Positions 47,437 through 57,921 of a DNA stretch of 64,000 nt are shown piece after piece. Source of the stretch: a virus; IMG/VR virus record IMGVR_UViG_3300035180_001847, positions 1-64,000 of that record, one strand, 5' to 3'. Position numbers and translations under genes: made by a program. Position 1 is the first letter of the stretch, and each line of letters starts with the position of its first letter. The notes under the pieces were generated by a model. It was given only the letters and a program-made list of their open reading frames with translations. It ran no database searches and was not told the origin of the DNA.

Positions 47437-47853
47437 ATGACCGGAAAACGAAGTAAACCAAAAAACGAAAATTTTCTTGATACTGACCAATTTGCACGAG
47501 AGCTTGCTCAAAGAGCAAAGTTCTCTTTAAGTGATACCAAAATATTCATGAAGGAATATCAAGGTATATTCGAGGATTGTATTGAACAAAACATAGATAT
47601 TGATTTAAGGGGTTTTGTACATTTATATATACAGACAATTCCGGCGCACGAGGGAAACAATGCAAGAGAATCGAGGCTTAGAGGCGGTGAGCCAGTTAAA
47701 CAATGGTTTCCCGAATCAAAAAGAATTACAATTAAGGTTGCAAAAAACTTGACGGATATTCTTCGGAGTCCTGAAAAGAAAAAAATTCAAAATTCCAAAT
47801 CTACAAAAGATGCCTTACGTCAAATGACCTTGGATGAAAATATGGGTGGATAA
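47437..47853 (+). CDS. HU/IHF-like DNA-binding protein
   Basis: FARELAQRA, IDLRGFVHL, IPAHEG, PESKRITIK pattern. Confidence 0.72.
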   Translation: MTGKRSKPKNENFLDTDQFARELAQRAKFSLSDTKIFMKEYQGIFEDCIEQNIDIDLRGFVHLYIQTIPAHEGNNARESRLRGGEPVKQWFPESKRITIKVAKNLTDILRSPEKKKIQNSKSTKDALRQMTLDENMGG

Positions 47854-47865
47854 AGAGGTTGTTTT

Positions 47866-48306
47866 ATGAACTCATTAGCTGTCAAACCCGTTACAAATGA
47901 GATCGTTCAGGTGAAAACTCAAATAAGAAGATTTTGTTCTTGTTGCGGTGCATTTGTCAGAGGTGAAGATTATCATTGTACCATGCGACCTATTGAACTT
48001 AGATACATCATTGGCGCATCTATTTATGTGGAATGGCCTTATATTTGGAAAACAAATGAATATGGTTCGGGGAATAGGTATAAATATTTTTTAAAGCCAA
48101 TTAGAGTTATTTTGAAAAATGGTCAATTCTTTAGTTCCAGAGAAATTGTTGGTGAGAATGGTGGCAGCATATATATTGGAGCATTTCAGACTTTTGATGC
48201 CATTGAATTACATGAAAAAAATAAGGAATTATGGCCTACGGTTGAACAAGCCGAAAGAGCCGTTCATCATCCAGATGAAATTTTATATTCCAATTTTATG
48301 GGATGA
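47866..48306 (+). CDS. Hypothetical protein
   Basis: RBS GAGG. Confidence 0.65.
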   Translation: MNSLAVKPVTNEIVQVKTQIRRFCSCCGAFVRGEDYHCTMRPIELRYIIGASIYVEWPYIWKTNEYGSGNRYKYFLKPIRVILKNGQFFSSREIVGENGGSIYIGAFQTFDAIELHEKNKELWPTVEQAERAVHHPDEILYSNFMG

Positions 48307-48419
48307 ATTTTTATAAACAACTAAATAAATAGGCTTTTTTAAGTGCTTGATTATTTAATTTTTATAAAAATGCTTTTTTGAAGATATATTTTATTTCTAC
48401 GAGAGAGGAAAAAATAAAG

Positions 48420-48647
48420 ATGAATTTAAATGATAGAACCGTGAAATATTTCAATACGGACAATCGATGGGTCGGTATTGATCCAGAAAACATTAAAGAG
48501 GGTATGACTTTTCAAGTTTTTGAATTGAATGGTTCTCCGGTTATTCAAGATCGCGCGGCAATTTTTACCGCCGCGTCCGATTCCAAAAATATTGGAGGAA
48601 TCATAACTGTACAAGTTATCATAGACCCCGCATTCCAAGTTTTTTAG
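48420..48647 (+). CDS. Hypothetical protein
   Basis: RBS GAGG before MNLNDR. Confidence 0.6.
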   Translation: MNLNDRTVKYFNTDNRWVGIDPENIKEGMTFQVFELNGSPVIQDRAAIFTAASDSKNIGGIITVQVIIDPAFQVF

Positions 48648-48719
48648 AAATCAAGATAGAAAAAAGTGAAATCTTTGAAAAATAAATGTGATAAATAAAT
48701 TGATAGATGAGAATTTATA

Positions 48720-48911
48720 ATGAAACATTCAGCAAGAAAAATTAGTAAAAAATATCTGCCCAAAGGCTTGATTCGTAAATTGGATAAAAGTGATGGAAAG
48801 AGAAAATGGTTTTTAGGAAAAGATAAAAAATGGGATACGCTTCATCAAGTTGTGCTTGATTTAGGATACACGCCGGAAAAGAAATCATTGGATTCCCGCA
48901 AAGACATCTAA
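48720..48911 (+). CDS. Hypothetical protein
   Basis: Basic 63-aa ORF. Confidence 0.5.
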   Translation: MKHSARKISKKYLPKGLIRKLDKSDGKRKWFLGKDKKWDTLHQVVLDLGYTPEKKSLDSRKDI

Positions 48912-48963
48912 CAAGCCATTTAAAGTAATGAAAGAGTAATTTTATGAACGGAGGAGGCGAAAT

Positions 48964-49356
48964 ATGAGCGATTATGTTTTAACGGGTTTCACCACCAATG
49001 TTCTTACAATTCCAAATATAACAACGGCGGATGATTTATTTTTTACGGTAAAAGCCGATTTATCTCTTGATGATACTCATAGTATTTTAAAAATATCTCA
49101 AACAGCAGGATTGTTGATTTTATATGGACAAACTATTCCAATAAACGGAACGAATATTATAACATCCAACGATGGTTCAATTGCCATATCTGGATTGAAT
49201 CTTATTGTGACATTAAGTGCGTTAGCTTCAAGCGCTCTGCCCAATGCCGTTGGATTATTTGGAGATATTCGATCTAAAACAATAATTGGGAATATTATAT
49301 CTGTTCAAAAAAGTTTTACGTTGGATATAAATTATCCAGTTGGTCATTCGATTTAA
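48964..49356 (+). CDS. Hypothetical beta-rich (possibly virion) protein
   Basis: RBS GGAGG. Confidence 0.65.
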   Translation: MSDYVLTGFTTNVLTIPNITTADDLFFTVKADLSLDDTHSILKISQTAGLLILYGQTIPINGTNIITSNDGSIAISGLNLIVTLSALASSALPNAVGLFGDIRSKTIIGNIISVQKSFTLDINYPVGHSI

Positions 49357-49390
49357 TTATATGTAGATAAAAAGGAGAAAAAATAAAAAA

Positions 49391-49702
49391 ATGGAAAATA
49401 CTTTGGCTTCAATTATTTTGGGAATTGCTGGCGTGATTCTTTCTTTGATTTTTAGTTATTTCCCTGTCGCGCAAAAATGGTACGATGCCCAGTCAAATAA
49501 AGGTCTGTTGATGCTTGCTTTCAATGTTATTGTTGCTGGAGCATACTTTGGTTTATCTTGCACTCCATTTGCCGCTCAGTTTCATATTTCCGTAAGCTGC
49601 GATCAGAATGGGGTATTCAATATGCTTCAAGCATTGTTTGTAATGGCTTCTAGTAATCAACTGACTCTTCTGTTTTCCAAATCAGGAACTCCAAAAAATT
49701 GA
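49391..49702 (+). CDS. Holin-like small membrane protein
   Basis: Two to three TM segments in 103 aa; RBS AAGGAG. Confidence 0.55.
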   Translation: MENTLASIILGIAGVILSLIFSYFPVAQKWYDAQSNKGLLMLAFNVIVAGAYFGLSCTPFAAQFHISVSCDQNGVFNMLQALFVMASSNQLTLLFSKSGTPKN

Positions 49703-49714
49703 ATTTTCCACCCC

Positions 49715-49744
49715 TTGACAAGATAAGGGGTATTGTGCTATAAT
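49715..49744 (+). promoter_or_regulatory. Consensus sigma70 promoter
   Basis: TTGACA-18-TATAAT with extended -10 TG. Confidence 0.75.
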
Positions 49745-49753
49745 GCTTAGAAT

Positions 49754-49901
49754 ATTGGTAGTGAGAGAAAGTTTCATCTTAGCTTACGAATAATTGCGCG
49801 TATAGCTGTATGATGGATGCCCACTTATCAGGGTATGACACCTCCTAACGCATGGGTTGAGGCCATATAGATGGTTCTTATAAAACAAGATAAGTACCAA
49901 T
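49754..49901 (+). ncRNA. Candidate structured non-coding RNA
   Basis: Starts just after promoter; closing stem ATTGGTA/TACCAAT; GC-richer than flanks; no ORF. Confidence 0.4.
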
Positions 49902-49960
49902 GCTTTGAAAACATAATCGTTTTTTAAAATGCCCTATAAAAATTAGGGAATAAACCATAT

Positions 49961-50034
49961 GCGGATTTGGCAGAACGATCATGCACTTGCCTTCCAGGCA
50001 ATGTAAGAGGGTTTGACTCCCTCAACCCGCTCTA
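49961..50034 (+). tRNA. tRNA-Gly(TCC), degenerate
   Basis: GCGGATT/AACCCGC acceptor, TTGC-CTTCCAG-GCAA anticodon arm, GAGGG-TTTGACT-CCCTC T arm; ends TCTA not TCCA. Confidence 0.75.
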
Positions 50035-50141
50035 AATACAAAACATTTTTTAAATAAAACCGATTTTTAATGACGGAAATCATTTCATTCAAACGATTTG
50101 TCCATAAATAAAAAATTGAAAAATGAATAAGGAAAATATAG

Positions 50142-50492
50142 ATGAATAGTTCTATCATAGGCGTTGGTAAAGTTGTGGTTGAGTTTGCTGCTGTAATGGA
50201 TAAACCAAATATCAATGCTAACATTGTTGGTATAGTTGGAAAAAATTATTCTTTTAAGGTAATTTTTCAATCTTGTCCAATGTCATTATCTAAAAACAAT
50301 TCTATAAATGATTTGTGGTTTCAGACGAGTGACCACAGATGGATTCCAATGAAAATTGGAAATAAGCAATATTGTTCTTTTATTCCTTATAAAACAATTT
50401 TTATAAAAGATATTGGCGAAGAGCCAATTTCCATAATGGATGAAAACAACAATCATTATATTTTATATCCAAATGATTTGGTAAAGGAATAA
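50142..50492 (+). CDS. Hypothetical protein
   Basis: RBS AAGGA. Confidence 0.6.
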   Translation: MNSSIIGVGKVVVEFAAVMDKPNINANIVGIVGKNYSFKVIFQSCPMSLSKNNSINDLWFQTSDHRWIPMKIGNKQYCSFIPYKTIFIKDIGEEPISIMDENNNHYILYPNDLVKE

Positions 50493-50495
50493 TAA

Positions 50496-51794
50496 ATGGA
50501 TCAAAGTTTATACAATATATGTAAAAGAAAAAGTAACGGCGAAGATTCTAGAACTTGGGAAGAGATTGCAAAAGAAAATGGTATTTCTTCGGGAAAAGTT
50601 TTAAAGGATCGCTGGTCTCGCATTAAAAAATCTGGAAATAAAAATTTCATGGGCAATAAAGAATCAAATGTGGAAAAAGAAAGCACCACATTTACGGAAA
50701 CAGATGATGCAATTCATGTTGTTTGTGATTCAAAAAGAATTAAAACAAAAGAAGATGTAATCAATTTTTTTAATATTGATACTAATATTTGGAAAATAAA
50801 AGAATTCACCGTAAGAACAAGTGAAGGTTATCGTAAAGATCGCAAGGTTGATTGGAATGTATCCGATGGAGTTGTTGTAAATGGGGATGTAAAAGATAGT
50901 GGAAAAATTCTAATCGTTCCAATGATGCATACTGAGACAAAACTTGTTAGACGTGAAATGAATGATATTTCTTTCAAAGAAATAGACGAGTTTTTTAAAG
51001 AATACAAGCCAGTGAATTATGCGAACAACCCCAAAACCAAGCAATATAAAAATAATGGTTTGGTTCTTGAAATTGATTTAGCCGATTTGCATGTTGGAAA
51101 CGAGTCTTTGACATTTGAACAAGTAAGAGAAAGAATTGCCTATTTGATTCAAGATATAAAAGAGAGAACGTCCAATCTCTTGCTTGAAAAAATAATACTT
51201 GTTCAATTGGGTGACATTATGCATTTTGACGGAGTTAACAGGACTACAACTGGTGGAACTCTTGTGACCTACGGCGACAATTTCAAAGATGCTTGGGATA
51301 ATGCGGTATCTCTACTTATTTGGGTAATTGAACAATTGTCTCAGATAACTAAGGTAGAAGTAATAAATATTTATGGTAATCATGATAAATCTAGCTCATA
51401 TACAATTGCCAAAGCCGTTGAAATTGCTTTTAGTAAAAATAAAAATGTTGTAATTGATGCGAATCATAATATTAGAAAATATAGAGTTATTGGCAAATCT
51501 CTTGTTGCATTTATTCATGGTGATATGCCACCCAAAAATATAAAATCCATTATTCAGCGTGAGGCGCGAAAAGAATTTGGAAATACAGAATACGCGGAAA
51601 TACATTTGGGGCATTTGCATCATGAACATAGCGTTGAGGCTGATGGGGTCATAATGAGGTATTTACCAAGCATTACTGTTCCCGATGATTGGCATGAGGC
51701 TAACGGTTTCACTGGTGCAAAACAGGGAACAATGTCATTTTTATGGCATCCTGAAAAGGGATTAATTGAAACTTGGTTTACGGGGGTTCAATAA
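50496..51794 (+). CDS. Calcineurin-like metallophosphoesterase with N-terminal HTH
   Basis: DLH, GDIMH, GNHD, HGD, GHLHH motifs. Confidence 0.85.
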   Translation: MDQSLYNICKRKSNGEDSRTWEEIAKENGISSGKVLKDRWSRIKKSGNKNFMGNKESNVEKESTTFTETDDAIHVVCDSKRIKTKEDVINFFNIDTNIWKIKEFTVRTSEGYRKDRKVDWNVSDGVVVNGDVKDSGKILIVPMMHTETKLVRREMNDISFKEIDEFFKEYKPVNYANNPKTKQYKNNGLVLEIDLADLHVGNESLTFEQVRERIAYLIQDIKERTSNLLLEKIILVQLGDIMHFDGVNRTTTGGTLVTYGDNFKDAWDNAVSLLIWVIEQLSQITKVEVINIYGNHDKSSSYTIAKAVEIAFSKNKNVVIDANHNIRKYRVIGKSLVAFIHGDMPPKNIKSIIQREARKEFGNTEYAEIHLGHLHHEHSVEADGVIMRYLPSITVPDDWHEANGFTGAKQGTMSFLWHPEKGLIETWFTGVQ

Positions 51795-51807
51795 AATAAA
51801 TTTTTTT

Positions 51808-51910
51808 AACTGACCTGAACATCTAATTATACAACTGGTGACGATGACTGCTATTCGGCTGTAACGGTATGTGGGCTTGAGTAACCCTAAGTTGTATATG
51901 TGGTCAGTTT
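51808..51910 (+). ncRNA. Candidate structured RNA
   Basis: Nested stems AACTGACC/GGTCAGTT and ATACAACT/AGTTGTAT, then T-run. Confidence 0.35.
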
Positions 51911-52034
51911 TTTATTTAAGGGGGAGGGGGAATTTATTATTATGCATACACCCTATAAAAAATATTTTCAATAAATAATTGAAAGAGTATAATTTATATT
52001 ATATTGAAAGTATGGGTATTTTAAATAAATAAAT

Positions 52035-52108
52035 GCTTTCATAGTTTAATTAGCAAAGCCATCCTTTGTAACGATGAGTTGGTGGTGCAATTCCACCTGA
52101 AAGCTCCA
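52035..52108 (+). tRNA. tRNA-Thr(TGT)
   Basis: GCTTTCA/TGAAAGC acceptor, CATCC-TTTGTAA-CGATG anticodon arm, GGTGG-TGCAATT-CCACC T arm, encoded CCA. Confidence 0.82.
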
Positions 52109-52114
52109 TGATTC

Positions 52115-52141
52115 AAAGACACCTTGCAAGGTGTCTTTTTT
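52115..52141 (+). terminator. Intrinsic terminator after tRNA
   Basis: AAAGACACCTT-GC-AAGGTGTCTTTTT. Confidence 0.75.
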
Positions 52142-52280
52142 AATTTAAGGCTATGGAATATGAATAACAATAATAAAAAATTTTGTATTCATACTTGTTA
52201 AATAGCATGTTCCAATTCTATTGATGAACAGAAATAAACTTGTCTAATGGGGCATATATAACAATTGTAATTTAAGTAAA

Positions 52281-52358
<78 letters not shown>

Positions 52359-52367
52359 AAAATTAAG

Positions 52368-53405
52368 ATGGTTACTCTTTTCGATAAAGAGGAGGAAAAG
52401 AAAATGGGTAAAATAAGGTCTCGCAGATTGAATCAACAAGAACAAGACGAAATCATATATTGTCGAAAATGTACTTTACAAAAACCGCCTTCTGAATTTT
52501 ATGATAGTCCAGATAAATTACTGGATACGAATGGTAAATTGAGCGTGTGTAAATCTTGCGTTAATGATATTTTCAATGGATTTATGATTTCAACAAATTC
52601 TTCTCTATCCGAATCTATAAATAAAACATGCAAGATACTCAATATTTATTATTCTTCTAAATCTGTGGAATCATTGAAAGCCCACATTGAAACTTTGGGT
52701 GATAAAGCACTAGAAAAAAATTTATTTGGAATGTATAAAATTCATTTGGCAAGATTTTTAAGTTTAAATCAAGGTATCAATGGAACGTATGAGTTTGATG
52801 GCTCTTATGTTCGGCCAAGTGATGAAGATGCGTTGGTAAATGAAAATTCCGAATATAAAAAAGAGTTATATAATTTTTGGGGTACTGGTTTGGAATGGGA
52901 AGATTATCAATTTCTTGAAAATGAATTGGCACAATGGAAAACCACCCATAAGCATGATACTCGTTCAGAATTAATTTTCTTGAGAGAAATAGCCTTTATT
53001 TTATTGGATATAAAAAAGGCAAGGGAAAGTGGTCAATCTACTTCGACATTGATGAAACAATTTCAAGAAACTGTGAAAACCGCTGGACTTGATCCTGCAA
53101 ACGCATCCGCAATTACGGGGGCGCAAGAGACATTTGGTAATTGGATAAAAGAAATTGAAACTAAAACTCCTGCTGAATGGTATGAGAATGATAAATTATT
53201 TAAAGATGTTGATAATTTATCTAAATATTGGGAAAATTATGTTACTCGTCCTTTAAAAAATTTTATTACGGGTTCAAGAGATTTCAATATTTCTGAGGCA
53301 TCTGAAGAAGGCGAAGATTCTCCCGAATTAGATTTATCATCTGCATCATCAGATGGTGATTATGGAATAGATATTATCGGAGATTCAAATGACGGCGATA
53401 ACTAA
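52368..53405 (+). CDS. Zn-finger protein, probable terminase small subunit/partner
   Basis: CRKC...VCKSC; overlaps terL start; likely true start 52404 (RBS GAGGAGG). Confidence 0.6.
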   Translation: MVTLFDKEEEKKMGKIRSRRLNQQEQDEIIYCRKCTLQKPPSEFYDSPDKLLDTNGKLSVCKSCVNDIFNGFMISTNSSLSESINKTCKILNIYYSSKSVESLKAHIETLGDKALEKNLFGMYKIHLARFLSLNQGINGTYEFDGSYVRPSDEDALVNENSEYKKELYNFWGTGLEWEDYQFLENELAQWKTTHKHDTRSELIFLREIAFILLDIKKARESGQSTSTLMKQFQETVKTAGLDPANASAITGAQETFGNWIKEIETKTPAEWYENDKLFKDVDNLSKYWENYVTRPLKNFITGSRDFNISEASEEGEDSPELDLSSASSDGDYGIDIIGDSNDGDN

Positions 53406-55542
53406 TTTCAGAAATAAGCGGGAAATAAATAAATCTAAATCAAGACAAAATAACTTGTTTTTAGCTCCAAAGAAAATGACGAGAGCAGAAGATATAATTG
53501 GTTCAAGAAGAGACAGATTAATTGATTGGATAACTTTTTACAGAAGAAATATGCACAGATTCGTGCAACATTATTTAGGAATAAAACTGCATCCATATCA
53601 GATTATATGGATTTATATGATGTCCATTTCGGATTCTTTTGTGGCAATATGCAGTCGCGCAGCAGCTAAAACTTGGTTATTGGGGGTTTTTAGTGTTGCA
53701 AAAGCCATATTGTATCCAGGTTCTGAAATTGTGGTTGTAGCTTTAACAAAAGAACAGGCTGGGAAGATTATTACCGAAAAAATAAAACCGCTTGCGAATC
53801 GCTATCCTATGGTTGCAAGAGAAATATCTGAAATTAGAACGAGTTTAAATTTATATGAATGTCAATTTCATAATGGGAGTGTGATTAGAGTTGTTCCAAG
53901 CAGAGATTCGGCTCGTGGTGGAAGGGCATCCATGCTTATCATGGAAGAGTTTAGATTGATTTCAAAAGATATTTTGGATTCCGTTATTCGACCTTATTTA
54001 GTTGTTAGGCAAGCACCCTATTTAAAAATAGATAAATATAGTCATTTAATTGAAGAACCAAGAGAAGTATTTATTTCTTCTGCTTATCATAAATCAGAAT
54101 GGTGGTACAAAGAAAGTTTATCAACGATAAAAGCGATGTTGAAAGGCGATAACGCTAATTTTTTTGCAACCGATTTAATGGTGGCCATTAAGCATGGTAT
54201 AAAAACCGTGAAGCAAATTAAACGTGAAAAAACCAAAATGGATGAAGTTACCTATCAAGAAGAATATTTGAATATTCCATTTGGTGAAAGCGGAGATTCG
54301 TATTATAAATTAGGTATGTTTACGAAACTTAGGGATTTAAAAAAGGGTTTTTATCCGCAAAAGGCTGATACATATAACGCTAAAAAAAATCCTTATGCTA
54401 TTTTAAAAATTGATGATGAAATTAGATTAGTGTCGGTGGATGTTGCAACTCGCGCCGGAAAAACAAATGACTTAACGATTATAAGTTGCATTAGACTTTT
54501 ACCAACATCTCATGGTTATCATAGAGAAGTTTGTTATATTGAAAGTTTTTCTGGAAAAAATACAATTGAGCAAGGTTTACGAATCAAACAAATTTTCTAT
54601 GATTTTGAAGGGGATAATATCGTACTCGATATTCAAAATGCAGGGATGAAAATAGTTGTCCTCCCCATTAGTGATTTTGGGGTAATTAATTTGCGGAATT
54701 AAGCGGGAAGCCTGAAATGGTAATCCGAACCGAAGATTGAATTTAAAATTTCAATCAGGGGCAGAGCATAGTCTTGAAACTATCATTATATTGAAAATAT
54801 TATTACGATAGATATATAATAGACCAAGAGGCCGCAATATCTTTTTGAGAAAATGGTATTTGTGGTGAAAAATGATGATTCCAATTAATCATTAAAATTT
54901 CTTAAAAAGATAAAAAGATATGCCGAACTAATAGGAAACGAACTATTAGAACATGCTGATAAAAAACAGTGTGGATAACAAATTTGTTCTATTTTAGACC
55001 AGTTGGGCGTTGTCACAAAAGACGATGAGCGCGGAATTGAATATCCTGCTATGACGGTTATGCAACATGAATCGATTGAAGAAAAAGTTTATCTTGAATT
55101 AGTGGCAAGAACGCTTGGCGCAAATGCCCTTCCAATTATTTATCCTATATCCGCCACTGGAAATCTTAATAGCAATATTGCTGTTGATTTTAGAGATAAA
55201 TTGAAGAAAAAAATGTTTTCTTTTCTTTTGGATGAGACTGCTGCTGAAGATTTTTTGTTGAAACATAATAAAGAAGTCATGGTTGCAAATGATGAACTTG
55301 CTTTAAAGGCTTTTTTTATGAATCCTTATATTCAAACAACATTGCTCATCAATGAATGTATAAATTTATCGATGAGTATTATTTCAGGTAATATCAAATT
55401 AAAAGAACGATCTGGTGGTCGTAAAGATAGATATACATCCGTGAGTTATGCAAATTATTTTGCTAGTTTTTTGGATAAGGATATAATGAGAGAAGAAGGC
55501 AATCATGATGATGATTTATTGAATAGCGTCGTGGTTTTATAG
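53389..55542 (+). CDS. terL: Terminase large subunit, spliced: join(53389..54647,54987..55542), 604 aa
   Basis: LHPYQ, SRAAAKT (Walker A), LIMEEFR (Walker B), VSVDVA and KDRY nuclease motifs; splicing restores DIQNAG-ISILDQLG in frame. Confidence 0.88.
54648..54986 (+). ncRNA. Group I self-splicing intron (339 nt, no homing endonuclease)
   Basis: Exon GGGAU pairs with IGS GUCCU (U.G at 5' splice site); P/Q AAUUAAGCGGGAA and AAUCCGAACCGAAG; P7 GCAUA/UAUGC (GCAGAGCAUA...AAGAUAUGCC); terminal G; P10 AAAAUAG/CUAUUUU. Confidence 0.88.
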
Positions 55543-55596
55543 TGAATATGATAATAAATATAATAAAATTTAGTTGAAGGAGGTAAAATACTAAAT

Positions 55597-57201
55597 ATGG
55601 CTAGAACAAAAAAGGCTTCATCTCCTTCTAAGAAAGATGAAAAAAATGATGATGGGTTAATTTCGGCTGAAGATGTGTGGGATGTTTTGAAATTTGCGTC
55701 GAATTTATATGGTGGTGTGATTCCTCAATATGGAATTTCCGGTGTTTATAATCCAATGTTGACGAATGACATTATGAAAAATATGACGCTTCATCCACAG
55801 GCTGTAACATCCGATCAGGTTGACAAGGCTTTAGCAGACCCGAAGAACAATGAGCAAAATTTAATTGGATACAGCGAATTCTTCGAGTTGTCAAATATGC
55901 TTTATAAGCGGATTTTATATTATTTATCTGGCATGTTATCATTTGATTTGACATATGTTTGTATAAATGCAGAACCAGATGATTATAAGACAACAAGATA
56001 TAAAGGTGATTTACAAATAGTTCAAGATTTTCTTGATAAATTTGATGTAAAAAAAGAATTTAAAACCATTCTTCGTCAAATGCTCAGACAAGAGGCCTAT
56101 TTTGGAATTCTGCGTGATGATGGAGAAAAATACGTCATGCAAGAAATTGATGAGAGCTACTGTTTAATTACGGGAAGATTTGATTACGGGCTTTTGTTTG
56201 ATTATAATGCCATTCAAATGCTCAATCCTGGTTTTGACATCGATTTTTATCCAGAAATTTTCAAGACATTTTATGATAAAATTTTTAGAGATGGAAATAG
56301 CGCAAATTTATATAATCCCGCTGCATCTGTTATGAATAGAGATAAAAATTGGGTGTACTGGATACAGACGAGTCCCGAACAAGGGTTTGCTTGTTTTAAA
56401 TTCAATGAAGAAATTGGTACTAGAGTTCCTTTCTTTGCGCCTCTGTTTCCAGATGTGGTCAATGGAAATCTTATCCGCAAACTTCAAACAAATTCTTATA
56501 TAAGTGAAGCAAGTAAAATACTTGTTGGAAAGATTCCAATGATAAATAATCCTAAGGGTGCTGGTGTACGCGATAGTTTGGCTATCTCTCCAGAACTACT
56601 TGGCAAGTTCTTGGCATTATTGAAAGCGGGATTGGCAGAAACAGTTCGCGTCGCTGGAAGTCCGCTGGAGAATATGCAAGGAGTAGAATTTACAAGCAGG
56701 GATTATTACCAGCAATATTTAAAAACAACTGGTTCTGCATCTGGAATAGATTCGAGATTGATTTTTACCATAGATAAGCCTACTCAAATGGAATCGCAGC
56801 TTAGTACAAATGTTGATGAGTATTTAATTGGACACGTTTATAATTATTTCAATGACTTTCTTAATTATCATATAAATAAAAGAACTAAAAAATATAAATT
56901 TAGATTCTTTTTTGAAGGTACGAATTTATTTACAAATCGGGCGGAAAGATTGGATACTCAATTGAAATTGATGCCCTTTGGAATAGTTAATTATCAAAAA
57001 ATAGCTTCTGCCATTGGTCAATTACCCCATCATTTCCTGAAGCAGTTGCAGGAAACAAGGGCGATTGGATTTGTGGATATGTTGACACCAATTCAAACTT
57101 CTGCCACATTGAGCAGTAATTATGGCGGTGCGCCTAAAAAATCGGCTGGTGATTTATCGGATTCTGGGGCGCAAGCAAGAGATGATTCTGGGAATTATTA
57201 A
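55597..57201 (+). CDS. Portal protein (SPbeta YonE-like)
   Basis: 534 aa directly after terL; RBS AAGGAGG; GGAPKK C-terminal motif. Confidence 0.75.
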   Translation: MARTKKASSPSKKDEKNDDGLISAEDVWDVLKFASNLYGGVIPQYGISGVYNPMLTNDIMKNMTLHPQAVTSDQVDKALADPKNNEQNLIGYSEFFELSNMLYKRILYYLSGMLSFDLTYVCINAEPDDYKTTRYKGDLQIVQDFLDKFDVKKEFKTILRQMLRQEAYFGILRDDGEKYVMQEIDESYCLITGRFDYGLLFDYNAIQMLNPGFDIDFYPEIFKTFYDKIFRDGNSANLYNPAASVMNRDKNWVYWIQTSPEQGFACFKFNEEIGTRVPFFAPLFPDVVNGNLIRKLQTNSYISEASKILVGKIPMINNPKGAGVRDSLAISPELLGKFLALLKAGLAETVRVAGSPLENMQGVEFTSRDYYQQYLKTTGSASGIDSRLIFTIDKPTQMESQLSTNVDEYLIGHVYNYFNDFLNYHINKRTKKYKFRFFFEGTNLFTNRAERLDTQLKLMPFGIVNYQKIASAIGQLPHHFLKQLQETRAIGFVDMLTPIQTSATLSSNYGGAPKKSAGDLSDSGAQARDDSGNY

Positions 57202-57396
57202 AACTTATTTTCAACAAAATAAAAGTTTTCTTGTGAGACTGTCTTGAATTGTTTCATAAATTTTATAAAATAAATTTATCGGATAATATTTATGTTAGCC
57301 TCTTCATAAGGAAATTGTTTTTAGAATAAAAATAGTTCAAAAAATAGTGGTTCTTTTTTTGAAAATATTGAAATATTTAAGATAAGGAGGTGAATC

Positions 57397-57921
57397 ATGT
57401 CCTATAACGGTTCAAGACCCTTGATTTCAGATGATGTCAATAACAAGTTGAATTTGATAGTTCAAAAATTATTCATAGGCAATAGAATAATGGATAGGGG
57501 TATGAGTGTCATAGGTGTTAAATATCTGATGAATCATACTGTTGATATTATACATCCTCTTATAGCTCATCGATACCCATTAATGGCAGATTTGATTTCT
57601 GGTTATCAAGAAGCAAGAAATTGTTTGACTGTTTATGGTGATGTACCAACGGATGATACAGAATACAATTCTGTCCCAGAATTTTTTGACAGAATGGTTG
57701 AATATCAAATTGATTTGGAGAATTTGGTTTATCAGGTTTGTGAATTCGCTCAAGAAGAAAATGATTATATGACCAAAGTGTTTCTTGATAAATTTATGCT
57801 CGATTTAATTCCGTTGACTAAACAATTATTGTTGTTATCTGATAAGGCAAATATGTATTCTGATAAATGTGAAGATTTTGATGCAAGAATAGAACAATTT
57901 ATAATATTGGAATCTTTATAA
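57397..57921 (+). CDS. Ferritin/Dps-like four-helix protein
   Basis: Helical pattern AH.YPLMADLI...N and AQEENDYMTKVFLD. Confidence 0.55.
   Translation: MSYNGSRPLISDDVNNKLNLIVQKLFIGNRIMDRGMSVIGVKYLMNHTVDIIHPLIAHRYPLMADLISGYQEARNCLTVYGDVPTDDTEYNSVPEFFDRMVEYQIDLENLVYQVCEFAQEENDYMTKVFLDKFMLDLIPLTKQLLLLSDKANMYSDKCEDFDARIEQFIILESL

Noticed and set aside
55003-55542. Separate 179-aa gene starting at TTG 55003
   Set aside because: It is exon 2 of terL; frame matches after intron removal.
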